DNA from: an uncultured SAR86 cluster bacterium
GTDB lineage: Bacteria; Pseudomonadota; Gammaproteobacteria; Magnimaribacterales; AG-339-G14
Direction of reading: 5' to 3'
NCBI GenBank assembly: GCA_902540995.1
Contig: CACBOY010000005.1
Coordinates: 19,449 to 83,448 of the forward strand
DNA length: 64,000 bases
The notes under the pieces were generated by a model. The model ran no database searches, was not told where the DNA came from, and worked only from the letters and a program-made list of their open reading frames with translations. Below, one piece after another: positions 21,530 to 31,400 of this stretch. The translations under genes and the position numbers were made by a program. Positions within the stretch are counted from its first letter, which is position 1. Each line of letters begins with the position of its first letter.

Positions 21530-22801
21530 ATGACTTTTTCGAACACAGCTATTTTAGGACTGCAATGGGGTGATGAAGGGAAAGGAAAAATTGTAAATTA
21601 TTTAGCAAGTAATTTTGGCGCTGCTTGTAGATATCAAGGTGGCCATAATGCTGGCCACACACTAATTGTAGATGGAAAAAAAATTGTTCTTCATTTACTG
21701 CCCTCATCAATTTGTCATAAAGATTCGTTATCCTTGATCGGAAAAGGAGTTGTTATTTCATATGAGGCCCTTTTTTCTGAAATAGATGAAATAAGCAATT
21801 TTACTTCTGGCATAACAGATAGATTAAAGATAAGTCCTGCATGTGTTTTGATTCAGCCCTACCATCAATTAATAGATTTTTATAAAGAAAAATCCAACAG
21901 TCAGAAAACCATTGGCACTACCTTAAGAGGCATTGGTCCAGCATATGAAGACAAAGTTGCCAGAAGAGCAATAAGAGTTGTTGATACCCTTAATGAAAAT
22001 CATCTTAGGCCTTTATTGGAAGAAACCCTGGACTTTTATAATTTTACAATCGAGAAGTTTTTTGGCAAAGAAGCTTTGTCTTTGAGTGTTCTTATGGATG
22101 AAAACTTAGCTTATGGAGAAAAAATAAAACCTATGCTTGCTGATGTATCTATGCTGATAAAAAAAATCAACTCAGAAGAAGAATCGGTTTTATTTGAAGG
22201 TGCTCAAGGAGCTTTATTAGATATTGATCAGGGCACTTATCCATTTGTTACGTCAAGCAATTGTTCTCCCTCTGGCATTGCAGCTGGAGCTGGGTGCGGG
22301 CCTTTGGATGTAGGTAATATTTTGGGCGTAGTAAAGGCTTATGTGACTCGTGTTGGAGAGGGACCAATGCCAACTGAAATTTATGACGAGCTAGGAGAAT
22401 ATATTGCTGAAACTGGAGGAGAGGTCGGAGCAACTACTGGTAGGCCAAGAAGATGTGGTTGGTTTGATGCAGTTTTAATGAAAAGGATAATTCAAACAAA
22501 CAGTATTTCAGGACTTTGTCTTACAAAAATTGATGTACTTGACGGCCTTGATGAGATAAAAATTTGTAAGGCATATGAAGGTAATGATGATTCTATCTTT
22601 GGAGAATGTATGAACTTAGAGAGCGTTAAACCTATCTATGAGACTTTATCTGGATGGGAATCTCCAACAAAAAATTTAACTAATTATCAAGAGCTGCCAA
22701 AAGAGGCAAAAGATTTCATTTCTTATATTGAAGAAATTTGCGAGGTACCTGTAAAAATTATTTCCACTGGTCCTGACGATTACAGCACCATAGAAAGGTA
22801 A
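21530..22801 (+). CDS. purA: Adenylosuccinate synthetase
   Basis: QWGDEGKGK, GGHNAGHT, EGAQG, GTYPFVTSS, GATTGRPRRCGW. Confidence 0.97.
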   Translation: MTFSNTAILGLQWGDEGKGKIVNYLASNFGAACRYQGGHNAGHTLIVDGKKIVLHLLPSSICHKDSLSLIGKGVVISYEALFSEIDEISNFTSGITDRLKISPACVLIQPYHQLIDFYKEKSNSQKTIGTTLRGIGPAYEDKVARRAIRVVDTLNENHLRPLLEETLDFYNFTIEKFFGKEALSLSVLMDENLAYGEKIKPMLADVSMLIKKINSEEESVLFEGAQGALLDIDQGTYPFVTSSNCSPSGIAAGAGCGPLDVGNILGVVKAYVTRVGEGPMPTEIYDELGEYIAETGGEVGATTGRPRRCGWFDAVLMKRIIQTNSISGLCLTKIDVLDGLDEIKICKAYEGNDDSIFGECMNLESVKPIYETLSGWESPTKNLTNYQELPKEAKDFISYIEEICEVPVKIISTGPDDYSTIER

Positions 22802-22802
22802 T

Positions 22803-23201
22803 TCAATTATTCTTGATAGCTTGGTCTAAGACTGCGTTTATAAACTTGTGACTGGAATTCTGCCCAAACTTCTTCGCAAGTTTTATTGCTTCATTGATGA
22901 TGATTGGCTTATCCAATTTAGATTGTGAAATTTCATACAAAGCTAAATATAAAATAGACAGTTCAATTTCTCCTATTCTTGAGGTGGGTATATTTGAAAA
23001 TTTACTTATGGTTTCTAAAAAATTTTGTTCTAGACTTTTAATATCTTTAACGATTTCAGCAACCTTGTCGGTTTTTAAATTTTTTTGAGTTTGCTTGAGT
23101 TCTTTTAAAACTTTTGTGTTGGAATCTCCAGAAATGGTTTTTTGATATAGAGCCTGGATAACCAACTCCCTTGTTTTGGTGGGGGAAGGGCTAGTTCTCA
23201 C
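22803..23201 (-). CDS. nusB: Transcription antitermination factor NusB
   Basis: RELVIQALYQ, INEAIKLAKKFG, FINAVLD; downstream of ribH. Confidence 0.92.
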   Translation of the reverse strand: MRTSPSPTKTRELVIQALYQKTISGDSNTKVLKELKQTQKNLKTDKVAEIVKDIKSLEQNFLETISKFSNIPTSRIGEIELSILYLALYEISQSKLDKPIIINEAIKLAKKFGQNSSHKFINAVLDQAIKNN

Positions 23202-23650
23202 TTTATCTTTTTGAGCGTATCCAAAATACTTAGGGCAGACAAAGCAAACTCAGATCCTTTAGAAGCTGCTCTTTCCTCTGCTTCACTTTCATTATTGGTA
23301 GTTAAGACACCAAAAATAATAGGAGTATTTTTATCCAAAGATGTTTCCAAAACCTTATCGCTGATACTCTGAGAAATAATCTCAAAATGCGGCGTTTCTC
23401 CTTTGATAATACACCCAAGCAAAATTATTGCATCGTATTCAGTGCAAAGATTTTGCGCCATAAAAGGTAATTCGTATGCTCCAGGAACAACAAAAGTATT
23501 GTTCTCAATGTTATATTCATCAAGCATAGAGAGACAATCTTCTAGCATTGGCTTAATAATTTCTTCATTCCAATTTGTACTTACTACCGCAATCTTAACG
23601 TCATGCAAATCAGATGAGGGTTTATTTATCTCAGTTTTAGAAGTTTTCAT
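23198..23650 (-). CDS. ribH: 6,7-dimethyl-8-ribityllumazine synthase
   Basis: VPGAYELP, IKGETPHFE, FGVLT. Confidence 0.95.
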   Translation of the reverse strand: MKTSKTEINKPSSDLHDVKIAVVSTNWNEEIIKPMLEDCLSMLDEYNIENNTFVVPGAYELPFMAQNLCTEYDAIILLGCIIKGETPHFEIISQSISDKVLETSLDKNTPIIFGVLTTNNESEAEERAASKGSEFALSALSILDTLKKIK

Positions 23651-24738
23651 TTTTTTATATATTCCGTAACTTCTAAATCAAATCCTGAAAGGGAAGGGTA
23701 TCTCACTTCACTTCCCATTAATTTGATTTTCTTAACTCCTAGATCTCTTAAGATTTGCGACCCTATACCAATTCTTCTCGGATCATTGTTTGGAGTAGAT
23801 TTTCTTTTTTTCTTTGAGGCTCGAATTTCTTTAAACTCATTCTCTTTATTACCATCCCCATCAATAAGTAAGATTATTCCATTTCCAGCTTTATTAATTT
23901 TTTTCATTGCATCAGAAATTGACCACCTTGAACCAAACTCATTAACATTAAGTAAATCATGATATAAGTTGCTTTGCTGGACTCTCACTAGTGTAGATGT
24001 ATTTTTCGAGATTCTTCCTTTCTGCAGTACTATGTGTGTCTCTTCGAAAATAAGATCTTTATACAAGATGAGATTAAACCTTCCGTGTTCCGTCTTTACT
24101 GATTTACTTTCTAATCTCTTAACGGTTTGTTCATTAAAAATTCTATAGTTTATGAGATCCGCAATGGTTCCTATCTTTAAATTATGCTTTTTACTAAAAT
24201 CGATGAGTGCTTTTTTGCGAGCCATAGTTCCATCTTCATTCATGACTTCGCAAATAACAGCTGATTCTGTCAATCCAGCCAATCTGCATAAATCAGTACT
24301 CCCCTCAGTATGGCCTGTGCGAGATAAAACTCCTCCTGGCACAGCTCTAACAGGAAAAATATGTCCCGGCGAAACAATATCACTTGCTTTGGCTTTGGCT
24401 TTAGAGGCAACAGCAATGGTCCTTGCCCGATCAGCTGCAGAAATACCAGTAGTTATCCCAGTAGCAGCTTCAATAGAGACAGTGAATCCAGTGCCGTGTC
24501 CACTTTGATTATCATGGACCATTTGATTCAAGTTGAGAGCCTCACACTTGTTTTGACTCATTGCAAGGCAAATTAGACCTCTCGCATGCTTAGCCATAAA
24601 ATTTATCTTTTCGGGAGTAACTTTTTCGCCAGCAAGAATTAAGTCTCCCTCGTTTTCTCGATCTTCATCATCCATCAAAAGAACCATGTTGCCTTTTTTT
24701 ATTTCAGAGATAAGTTCCTTGGTACTGTTCAAATCCAT
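23647..24738 (-). CDS. ribB: DHBP synthase fused to a degenerate GTP cyclohydrolase II domain (RibBX type)
   Basis: [34 protein letters not shown]. The C-terminal domain lacks the GCHII zinc-binding cysteines. Confidence 0.9.
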   Translation of the reverse strand: MDLNSTKELISEIKKGNMVLLMDDEDRENEGDLILAGEKVTPEKINFMAKHARGLICLAMSQNKCEALNLNQMVHDNQSGHGTGFTVSIEAATGITTGISAADRARTIAVASKAKAKASDIVSPGHIFPVRAVPGGVLSRTGHTEGSTDLCRLAGLTESAVICEVMNEDGTMARKKALIDFSKKHNLKIGTIADLINYRIFNEQTVKRLESKSVKTEHGRFNLILYKDLIFEETHIVLQKGRISKNTSTLVRVQQSNLYHDLLNVNEFGSRWSISDAMKKINKAGNGIILLIDGDGNKENEFKEIRASKKKRKSTPNNDPRRIGIGSQILRDLGVKKIKLMGSEVRYPSLSGFDLEVTEYIKK

Positions 24739-24739
24739 T

Positions 24740-25843
24740 TTATTTTTTTCTGAATACTATTTTTTTGTCTTTTCCAACTTGAGTTTCTTCAACTATATCG
24801 AATTGCTCGTTATCAAAAAAGTTTATTTTATTTTTACCTTTGTAAAAGTATTCTGCTTGGCTTCCAAGTTTCTCTGGTGAAATATAAAAAATAAATTCAT
24901 CAATCAAATTCACATCCCCAAAACTGCCTAAAAGATTTGGTCCAGATTCAAGTAAAATGTTATTTATTTGAAATCTGGAAATTTTCTCGATGAAATCTTT
25001 TGGGTCTAAAAATCGTCCTTTACTTTTACAATTTAATAAAGATAAATTTTTTATCTTTCTCGCTGATTTTGGCAGGCTTCGTTTTGAGGTAACAACAACC
25101 TTCTGTCCGGGTAAATTAAAAAAGGGTGCATTCCAATCAAGAGTAAGTTCTTTAGAAAAGACATATCTTTTTGGTTGATCAAAAGCCTTGCTAGCAAGTA
25201 TCTTCTTTAGTCTTACATTCATTGAAGGTGAATCTTTATTTATTGTTCCAGATCCAGTCAGAACGATATCCGATTCAGCTCGAAGACACTGCACATCATT
25301 ACGAGCAGGAATTCCAGTAATCCACTTTCTTTTTTTTGTTAAAAAAACCGATTTGTGATCAGCTGACATGGCAATTTTTGCTCTTACGAAAGGTTTGTTA
25401 AATCTTGCTTTATGGAGAAAGCCTAGATTCAAGTCTTCGCAACTCTGATCATTTAGACTTTCGACTTCATAACCAGCTTTACGGAGATTTTCCAAGCCTT
25501 TCTGCGTAGGATCCCTTGAGCCAATAATAATTCTCTTAAAATCGTATTTCTTAAGCACATCGACGCAAGCTCCTGTTTTACCTTTTTTGCTACAGGGTTC
25601 CAGCGTGACATAGATTTCACTTCCTGAAAGTTGCGAAAGAAATTTTTTTTTGTATTTTTTCTTTACGTCGTTGATTGCATTGATTTCTGCATGAGGCCCA
25701 CCATAGCCTTCGTAGTAGCCTTGTCCAATTATCTTCTGATTCTTAACGATAATAGAGCCGACGTTGACCCCAGGTTTGGTGTTAAATTTTCCCTTAGCAG
25801 CAAGAGCCACCGCCTTGGACATGAAGAAATTTTCATTCATCAC
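24740..25843 (-). CDS. ribD: Riboflavin biosynthesis deaminase/reductase RibD
   Basis: HAE and TLEPC-X8-C deaminase motifs; WITG, LRAESD, LLESG reductase motifs. Confidence 0.93.
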   Translation of the reverse strand: MMNENFFMSKAVALAAKGKFNTKPGVNVGSIIVKNQKIIGQGYYEGYGGPHAEINAINDVKKKYKKKFLSQLSGSEIYVTLEPCSKKGKTGACVDVLKKYDFKRIIIGSRDPTQKGLENLRKAGYEVESLNDQSCEDLNLGFLHKARFNKPFVRAKIAMSADHKSVFLTKKRKWITGIPARNDVQCLRAESDIVLTGSGTINKDSPSMNVRLKKILASKAFDQPKRYVFSKELTLDWNAPFFNLPGQKVVVTSKRSLPKSARKIKNLSLLNCKSKGRFLDPKDFIEKISRFQINNILLESGPNLLGSFGDVNLIDEFIFYISPEKLGSQAEYFYKGKNKINFFDNEQFDIVEETQVGKDKKIVFRKK

Positions 25844-26285
25844 TTAATTTCTTTACTTCTTCACTGAATTCATTTGGATCTTGGAAACTTCTATACACAG
25901 AGGCAAATCTCACAAAAGCAACTTCATCTAATTTCTTTAGATGCCGCATTACAGTTTCTCCGACTTGTTTGGACTCAATTTCCCTTTCTCCAAAATCTCT
26001 AATTTCTTTTTTTATTGTTTCTATCAAGGTCTGAAATTGAGCATCGCTTACAGGCCTTTTTTCAAGAGACCTTGCTATACCTTCTCTAATTTTGGTTTCG
26101 TCGAAAGGTACTCTAGATTTATCCTGTTTGATTATTTTTGGCATAACCAATTCACCAACTTCAAAAGTTGTCCACCTTTCTCCACATTTGAGGCATTCTC
26201 TTCTCCTTCTGATTTCGCTACCCTCAGTTACCAGCCGTGAGTCAATCACCTTGCTTTCTTCGAAGGAGCAGTAGGGACAATGCAT
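25833..26285 (-). CDS. nrdR: Transcriptional repressor NrdR
   Basis: CPYC, VIDSR, RRRRECLKC, ATP cone, VRFASVY. Confidence 0.97.
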   Translation of the reverse strand: MHCPYCSFEESKVIDSRLVTEGSEIRRRRECLKCGERWTTFEVGELVMPKIIKQDKSRVPFDETKIREGIARSLEKRPVSDAQFQTLIETIKKEIRDFGEREIESKQVGETVMRHLKKLDEVAFVRFASVYRSFQDPNEFSEEVKKLSDE

Positions 26286-26288
26286 GTC

Positions 26289-27545
26289 TTATTGTGAGTA
26301 AACTGGAAAGTTACTGCAAAGAGTTTTTACTTCTTCTTTGATTTCAGCAATTAAGTTTTGATCTTCAATATTTTTGATAATCTGAGAAATCCAGTCTGCA
26401 ATTTGAGTCACTTCTTTTTCTTTAAAACCTCTCCTAGTAACCGCAGGAGTTCCAATTCTAATCCCAGAAGTCACAAACGGCGATTTGGGATCATTAGGCA
26501 CGGAATTTTTATTGACGGTTATGAAGGCATTTCCTAATGCAGCCTCAAGATCTTTTCCAGTAACATTATTCTTTATGAGATTAACCAGAAACATGTGGTT
26601 AGAAGTTCCATTGGAAACAATATCAATATCGTTATCCATGAATTGTTGACTCATAGATTTTGCGTTGGAAAGTATTTGTTGTTGGTAAGTTTTAAAGTCT
26701 TCTTCCATTGCTTCTTTAAAACATACCGCTTTAGCTGCGATCACGTGCATCAAGGGTCCACCTTGAGAACCTGGAAAGAGTGCAGAATTAAGTTTTTTTT
26801 GTAATTCTTCGTCTGGGCCAGCAAGTATAAGCCCTCCTCTTGGACCGACCAAAGTCTTATGCGTTGTAGTAGTAACAACATCTGCGTGCGGGAAGGGATT
26901 GGGATAGAGTCCTGCAGCAACAAGACCAGAAACGTGAGAAATATCTGCCAATAAAAGAGCATCTACAGAATCAGCAATTTCTTTAAATCTTGCCCAATCC
27001 AAGATACCAGAGAAAGCAGAAAAACCACAGATAATTAGTTTAGGCTTATGCTCTTTCGCTAGAGCTTCAACTTGAGTGTAGTCTATGTCGCCGGTTTCCG
27101 GATCAATACCATAACTATATGATTCATAAATTTTCCCGGAAAAATTTACTTTAGATCCATGAGTTAGATGCCCTCCATGATCAAGACTCATACCAAGAAT
27201 TTTATCACCAGCATTAAGAAGCGCTAAGAAAACAGCTGCATTGGCACTTGCACCAGAATGAGGTTGAACATTGGCATAGTCTGCTTTGAATAGTTCTTTC
27301 GCCCTATCAATAGCTAATTGTTCGGCAACATCGACAAATTCGCATCCACCATAATATCTCTTACCTGGATATCCTTCTGCGTATTTGTTGGTTAAGATCG
27401 ATCCTTGGGCTTCTAAAATTCTTGGTGAAGCATAATTTTCAGAGGCAATTAGTTCTATGTGCTGTTCTTGTCTGATTCGCTCTTTTTCTAGAGCCTGCCA
27501 AAGATCATCGTCAAAAGACTTTATGGAAAGATTATTGCCGTACAT
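26289..27545 (-). CDS. glyA: Serine hydroxymethyltransferase
   Basis: [44 protein letters not shown]. Confidence 0.98.
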   Translation of the reverse strand: MYGNNLSIKSFDDDLWQALEKERIRQEQHIELIASENYASPRILEAQGSILTNKYAEGYPGKRYYGGCEFVDVAEQLAIDRAKELFKADYANVQPHSGASANAAVFLALLNAGDKILGMSLDHGGHLTHGSKVNFSGKIYESYSYGIDPETGDIDYTQVEALAKEHKPKLIICGFSAFSGILDWARFKEIADSVDALLLADISHVSGLVAAGLYPNPFPHADVVTTTTHKTLVGPRGGLILAGPDEELQKKLNSALFPGSQGGPLMHVIAAKAVCFKEAMEEDFKTYQQQILSNAKSMSQQFMDNDIDIVSNGTSNHMFLVNLIKNNVTGKDLEAALGNAFITVNKNSVPNDPKSPFVTSGIRIGTPAVTRRGFKEKEVTQIADWISQIIKNIEDQNLIAEIKEEVKTLCSNFPVYSQ

Positions 27546-27589
27546 GTAAGTGTTTAAAAATTACAATTATACTCTTCAAAAAAATTAAA

Positions 27590-28243
27590 TTAAGCTTTTG
27601 AAGTCTTCTTTTTAGTTTTTCTATTAGGATATAAACTTTTACACATAAAACAGATTGTTCCATCACAACCTCTTGCGGTGCAAAAAGCTCTTCCGTAAAA
27701 AATTATTTGCAGATGCAAGTTGCGCCAATTCATCTCATCAAAGATTTCTTTTAAATCATTTTCGGTTTGTTTTACTGATTTACCATTTGTAAGGCCCCAT
27801 CTCTGTGCCAAACGGTGAATGTGAGTATCAACTGGAAAAGCAGGTTTTTTAAAATATTCGCTAACTACTACAGACGCTGTTTTATGTCCGACGCCAGGCA
27901 ATTCTTCTAAATCTATAATTTCTTTTGGAACTTTGCCATTATGTTTTTCAATGAGAATCTTTGAAGTCGCAATGATTGCCTTGGCTTTTTTAGGAGCTAA
28001 GCCACAAGTTTTTATATGCTCATAAACTTCATTTTCACCAAGAGCTAGCATTTCTTCAGGGCTAGATGCTTTTTTAAAAAGTTCTTTGGTAACGATATTT
28101 ACTCTTTTGTCAGTAGTTTGAGCACTTAAAAGTACAGCTATTAAGAAAGTGAAAGCATTTCGATGATCTAGGGGAGCTTTAGGATTTGGGAAGAGCTCAT
28201 TAAGTTTTTTTTCAACGAACAATGCTCTTTCTTTTTTATTCAT
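27590..28243 (-). CDS. nth: Endonuclease III (HhH-GPD DNA glycosylase)
   Basis: LLSAQTTD, LPGVGHKTA, FPVDTHIHR, C-terminal four-Cys cluster. Confidence 0.92.
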   Translation of the reverse strand: MNKKERALFVEKKLNELFPNPKAPLDHRNAFTFLIAVLLSAQTTDKRVNIVTKELFKKASSPEEMLALGENEVYEHIKTCGLAPKKAKAIIATSKILIEKHNGKVPKEIIDLEELPGVGHKTASVVVSEYFKKPAFPVDTHIHRLAQRWGLTNGKSVKQTENDLKEIFDEMNWRNLHLQIIFYGRAFCTARGCDGTICFMCKSLYPNRKTKKKTSKA

Positions 28244-28314
28244 GACTTATTTTAATCCAAAATTATGGTCTCATTTAAAAGCATTGGTAGAATATTTTTT
28301 TATCGGTAAAAAGG

Positions 28315-28446
28315 TTGCAGTACTTGCAAAATTAGGTATTATCGATTGCTATAGGGGGAGAATCCTTAAGCTTATAAGGAAAAGTTATACTTTTTTGCTT
28401 GAGTTCTTCACAAGATAATTTTTAACTCATTAGGGGAGGATTCTAA
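28315..28446 (+). promoter_or_regulatory. Promoter/operator and structured 5' leader of the TonB-dependent receptor
   Basis: TTGCA-N5-TGCAA palindrome 28315-28329; TTGCAG-16-TATTAT promoter-like; several hairpins; strong SD GGGGAGG at 28433-28439. Confidence 0.45.
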
Positions 28447-31400
28447 ATGAGTAGATTTCTGAAAATAAGCGCGGCTTTGGTTGGATCATTTATTGTGTCC
28501 ACTACTGCTTTCGCTCAATCAACAATAGAAGAGGTAATCGTTACCGCACAAAGAACTGAGCAAAGTCTTCAGTCAGTGCCAATTGCGGTATCTGCCTTTA
28601 CCGCTGAAGCTCTTGAAGAGAGACAAATTGAAGTCTCAAGTGACTTACAACTTCAAGTGCCTGGCATAACTTTCTCAGCTTCAACCTTCTCTGGTGGTGG
28701 AGGATTCTCAATTCGTGGTATTACTAACTTTGCAACTGCAGCGAGTGCGGATGCTGGTGTGGAAATTCACATGAATGGATTGCCGCTAGGTTCTACATCC
28801 GCTAACGAAGTGGGTTTTCTTGATATGGCAAGGATTGAGGTACTTCGTGGACCTCAAGGTACTCTTTTTGGTAGAAACTCAACTGGTGGGGTAATTAACT
28901 TAATTACTGCAAGACCAGATCTTGATGCTTTCTCCGGTTCAACCAAGCTTCAATATGCTTCTGATGGCGAGAAGTTGGTGAACGTTATGTTTAATGTGCC
29001 ACTCAGCGATAGTTTAGGAGCTCGATTTGCTTTTAGAAATTTTGAAAGAGATGGGATTACTAAAAATCTTTACTCAAAAGCTTCGAGCGATTTCGACAGC
29101 AGAGACAATTATCAATGGCGAGCTTCTTTTGCATGGGAACCTACCGATGACTTAACTCTTACATTGATTCACGAAGCATATGACGAAGAATCTAATCGTC
29201 AGCAAATAAGTGGATCATTCTGTGAAACAGGATCCAGCTTAGTCCAGGGTTGTCTAATAGGTGGAAAAAATGTTTTCCAAGCTCCTCACCCTATGTCTAA
29301 CGCTTCTACGCTTCCAGCTCTAGCTGGTGGTGCTTTAGGTTATTACCTCCCCAATGTTACAAATGGTTCAACGGCCACTACTAACTATAATCCATCTACT
29401 GCAGCATCTGTTAATTGGGGCTTAGTTGATGCAGGAACAAGGCCTCAGGATTTCTTTGAAGCCAACGATTGGAAATCCCCAACGCATGATGTTCAAGAGT
29501 CAACCAGTCAAATAATTCTAGAAAACGATTTTGATCAAGGTACTTTGACAGTTGCATACAATAATAAGAAAAGACAGTTTTACAGAGATCTTGGTTCTGC
29601 CTCTGACGAAGCTATTGCTCAAAGGCTGAATCCTGCACTTTTTGGTACTGCAGGTCTTCCTATGGGTTTCTCCAATGAAGTTATCACTCCGGCTTGTAAG
29701 GTAGATGAATTTAAAGCAGGTGTTTTCTGTGGCCCTCAAGGAATGGCTGTTAACCCCGCTACAAAAGCAGCATCTTTTAACTATCCTGTGTCTGGTGATG
29801 CATCATATTCAAACAATCATTCTAGAACTACGGAAGTTAAATTTGTTTCTGATATGGATGGGATGTTCAATTTCTTAATCGGTGCGATTGATATTTCTAA
29901 CAACACTTCAACTGGCTATAACGTATACGCATCAGGAATTTCCTTAAATGGATATGCTTTGCCTGCAACTATACAAAACTCTTACAGAGAAGGATATTCA
30001 GCAATGTTTATTTGTTCTCAGTTAGGAGTTGGTGCAACAATACCAGGTACCACCGCAACGTGTGATGCTGGAACCGTTGCTAAAGGTGAAAGATTAGTGG
30101 CAACTGCAGCTAAAGTAAAAGCAGCTGCAGGATTACCAGCTGCTGTACCTTTAGCATATGTTACAGCTGACATGATTGCGAGAATTGATGGAACTTATAC
30201 AGAGTTCTTTAACAACGACACCGCAGACTACGCTCTTGATGCTCAGGCAATCTTTACTGAATTTTATTTCGATGTCGCCGATAATCATAAACTTACTTTT
30301 GGACTTCGTTACAACGAAGACAGAAAATCTATTAAAGCAAGAGCTACTTTCTATGAAATTCCTTTGATTTCAAATTGGAATGCTGATGCATTAGCTGCAG
30401 GTTGTGGGCTCCAAGCTAATGGAACTTATGGCTCGTTTGGCATTGATTCAACAACTTTAGCTCCTGATGGAACTTTCACTGAGGCTTGTCAAACTAAGGG
30501 AGATGCAAACACCATAGGTCAAACTATTGGGTTAGCACCTGTTCCTGTTACAGGAGCTACTGGCACTGGAGCGATGCCCCTTATTGAAGCTTTAGATCCA
30601 TACAACGATGACTATACTGCTGTTGGCTATAACCCTATTAAAAACTTTTCTGCCACTACCGGTAGACTTGTTTGGGACTGGCAAGCAACCGATGATGTCT
30701 TGATGTTTATCAGTTACGCAAAAGGTTTTAAAGGTGGTGGATTTAACCCAGCATTTAACCCTGCTGAATTCCCTAATACTCCTTTTGCATTTGACAGTAC
30801 GGATGTAGATGCATTTGAGATTGGTGTTAAAGCTGCTGTACCAGAAATTGGTTTAATCGCTAATGCTTCAATTTACTACAACGACTTCACTAACTTCCAC
30901 GTTGGTGCCATCAGAAACCAAACTGCTATTAACGAAGGTATTCCTTTAGAGAACATGGGTGCTGAGCTTGAGTTATTATTAACTCCTCCTTCGGTTCCTG
31001 GATTGACTTTTAATATGGCTTTCAGTTATGCAGACTCTGAATTAGGAGCATTCAAAAATATTAATCCTACAGATGTCGGTGGTCACCTCAGAGGTGATGC
31101 AGCTTCGAGCAAATGGCACTTAGCCAAAAACGTAGGAAATGCAACTCATGTGCTTCTCGATAGAGATGCAACGGGTTATACCTTTGGTAAAGTTCTCCAA
31201 ACTCAATTATCAATCGCTGGTGCGACTGCAGGTCTTACGGATGCAGGCGCTATAGCAACTGCTACTCAAAACGCAATCACTCAGCTTATAGCTGGTGGAA
31301 ATGAGATTGCTTACGCGATGGGATGTGTTAAGGATAATACTGGTGCTGGTGGTTGTGATTTTGGTGGAGCAGGTCCAAAGTTTGTAGCTTCAGACCTATT

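Noticed and set aside
28244-28446. Known riboswitch (cobalamin, TPP, glycine) or Fur box upstream of the TonB receptor
   Set aside because: I could not find the conserved cores by eye. Kept only as an unclassified structured leader pending an Rfam scan.
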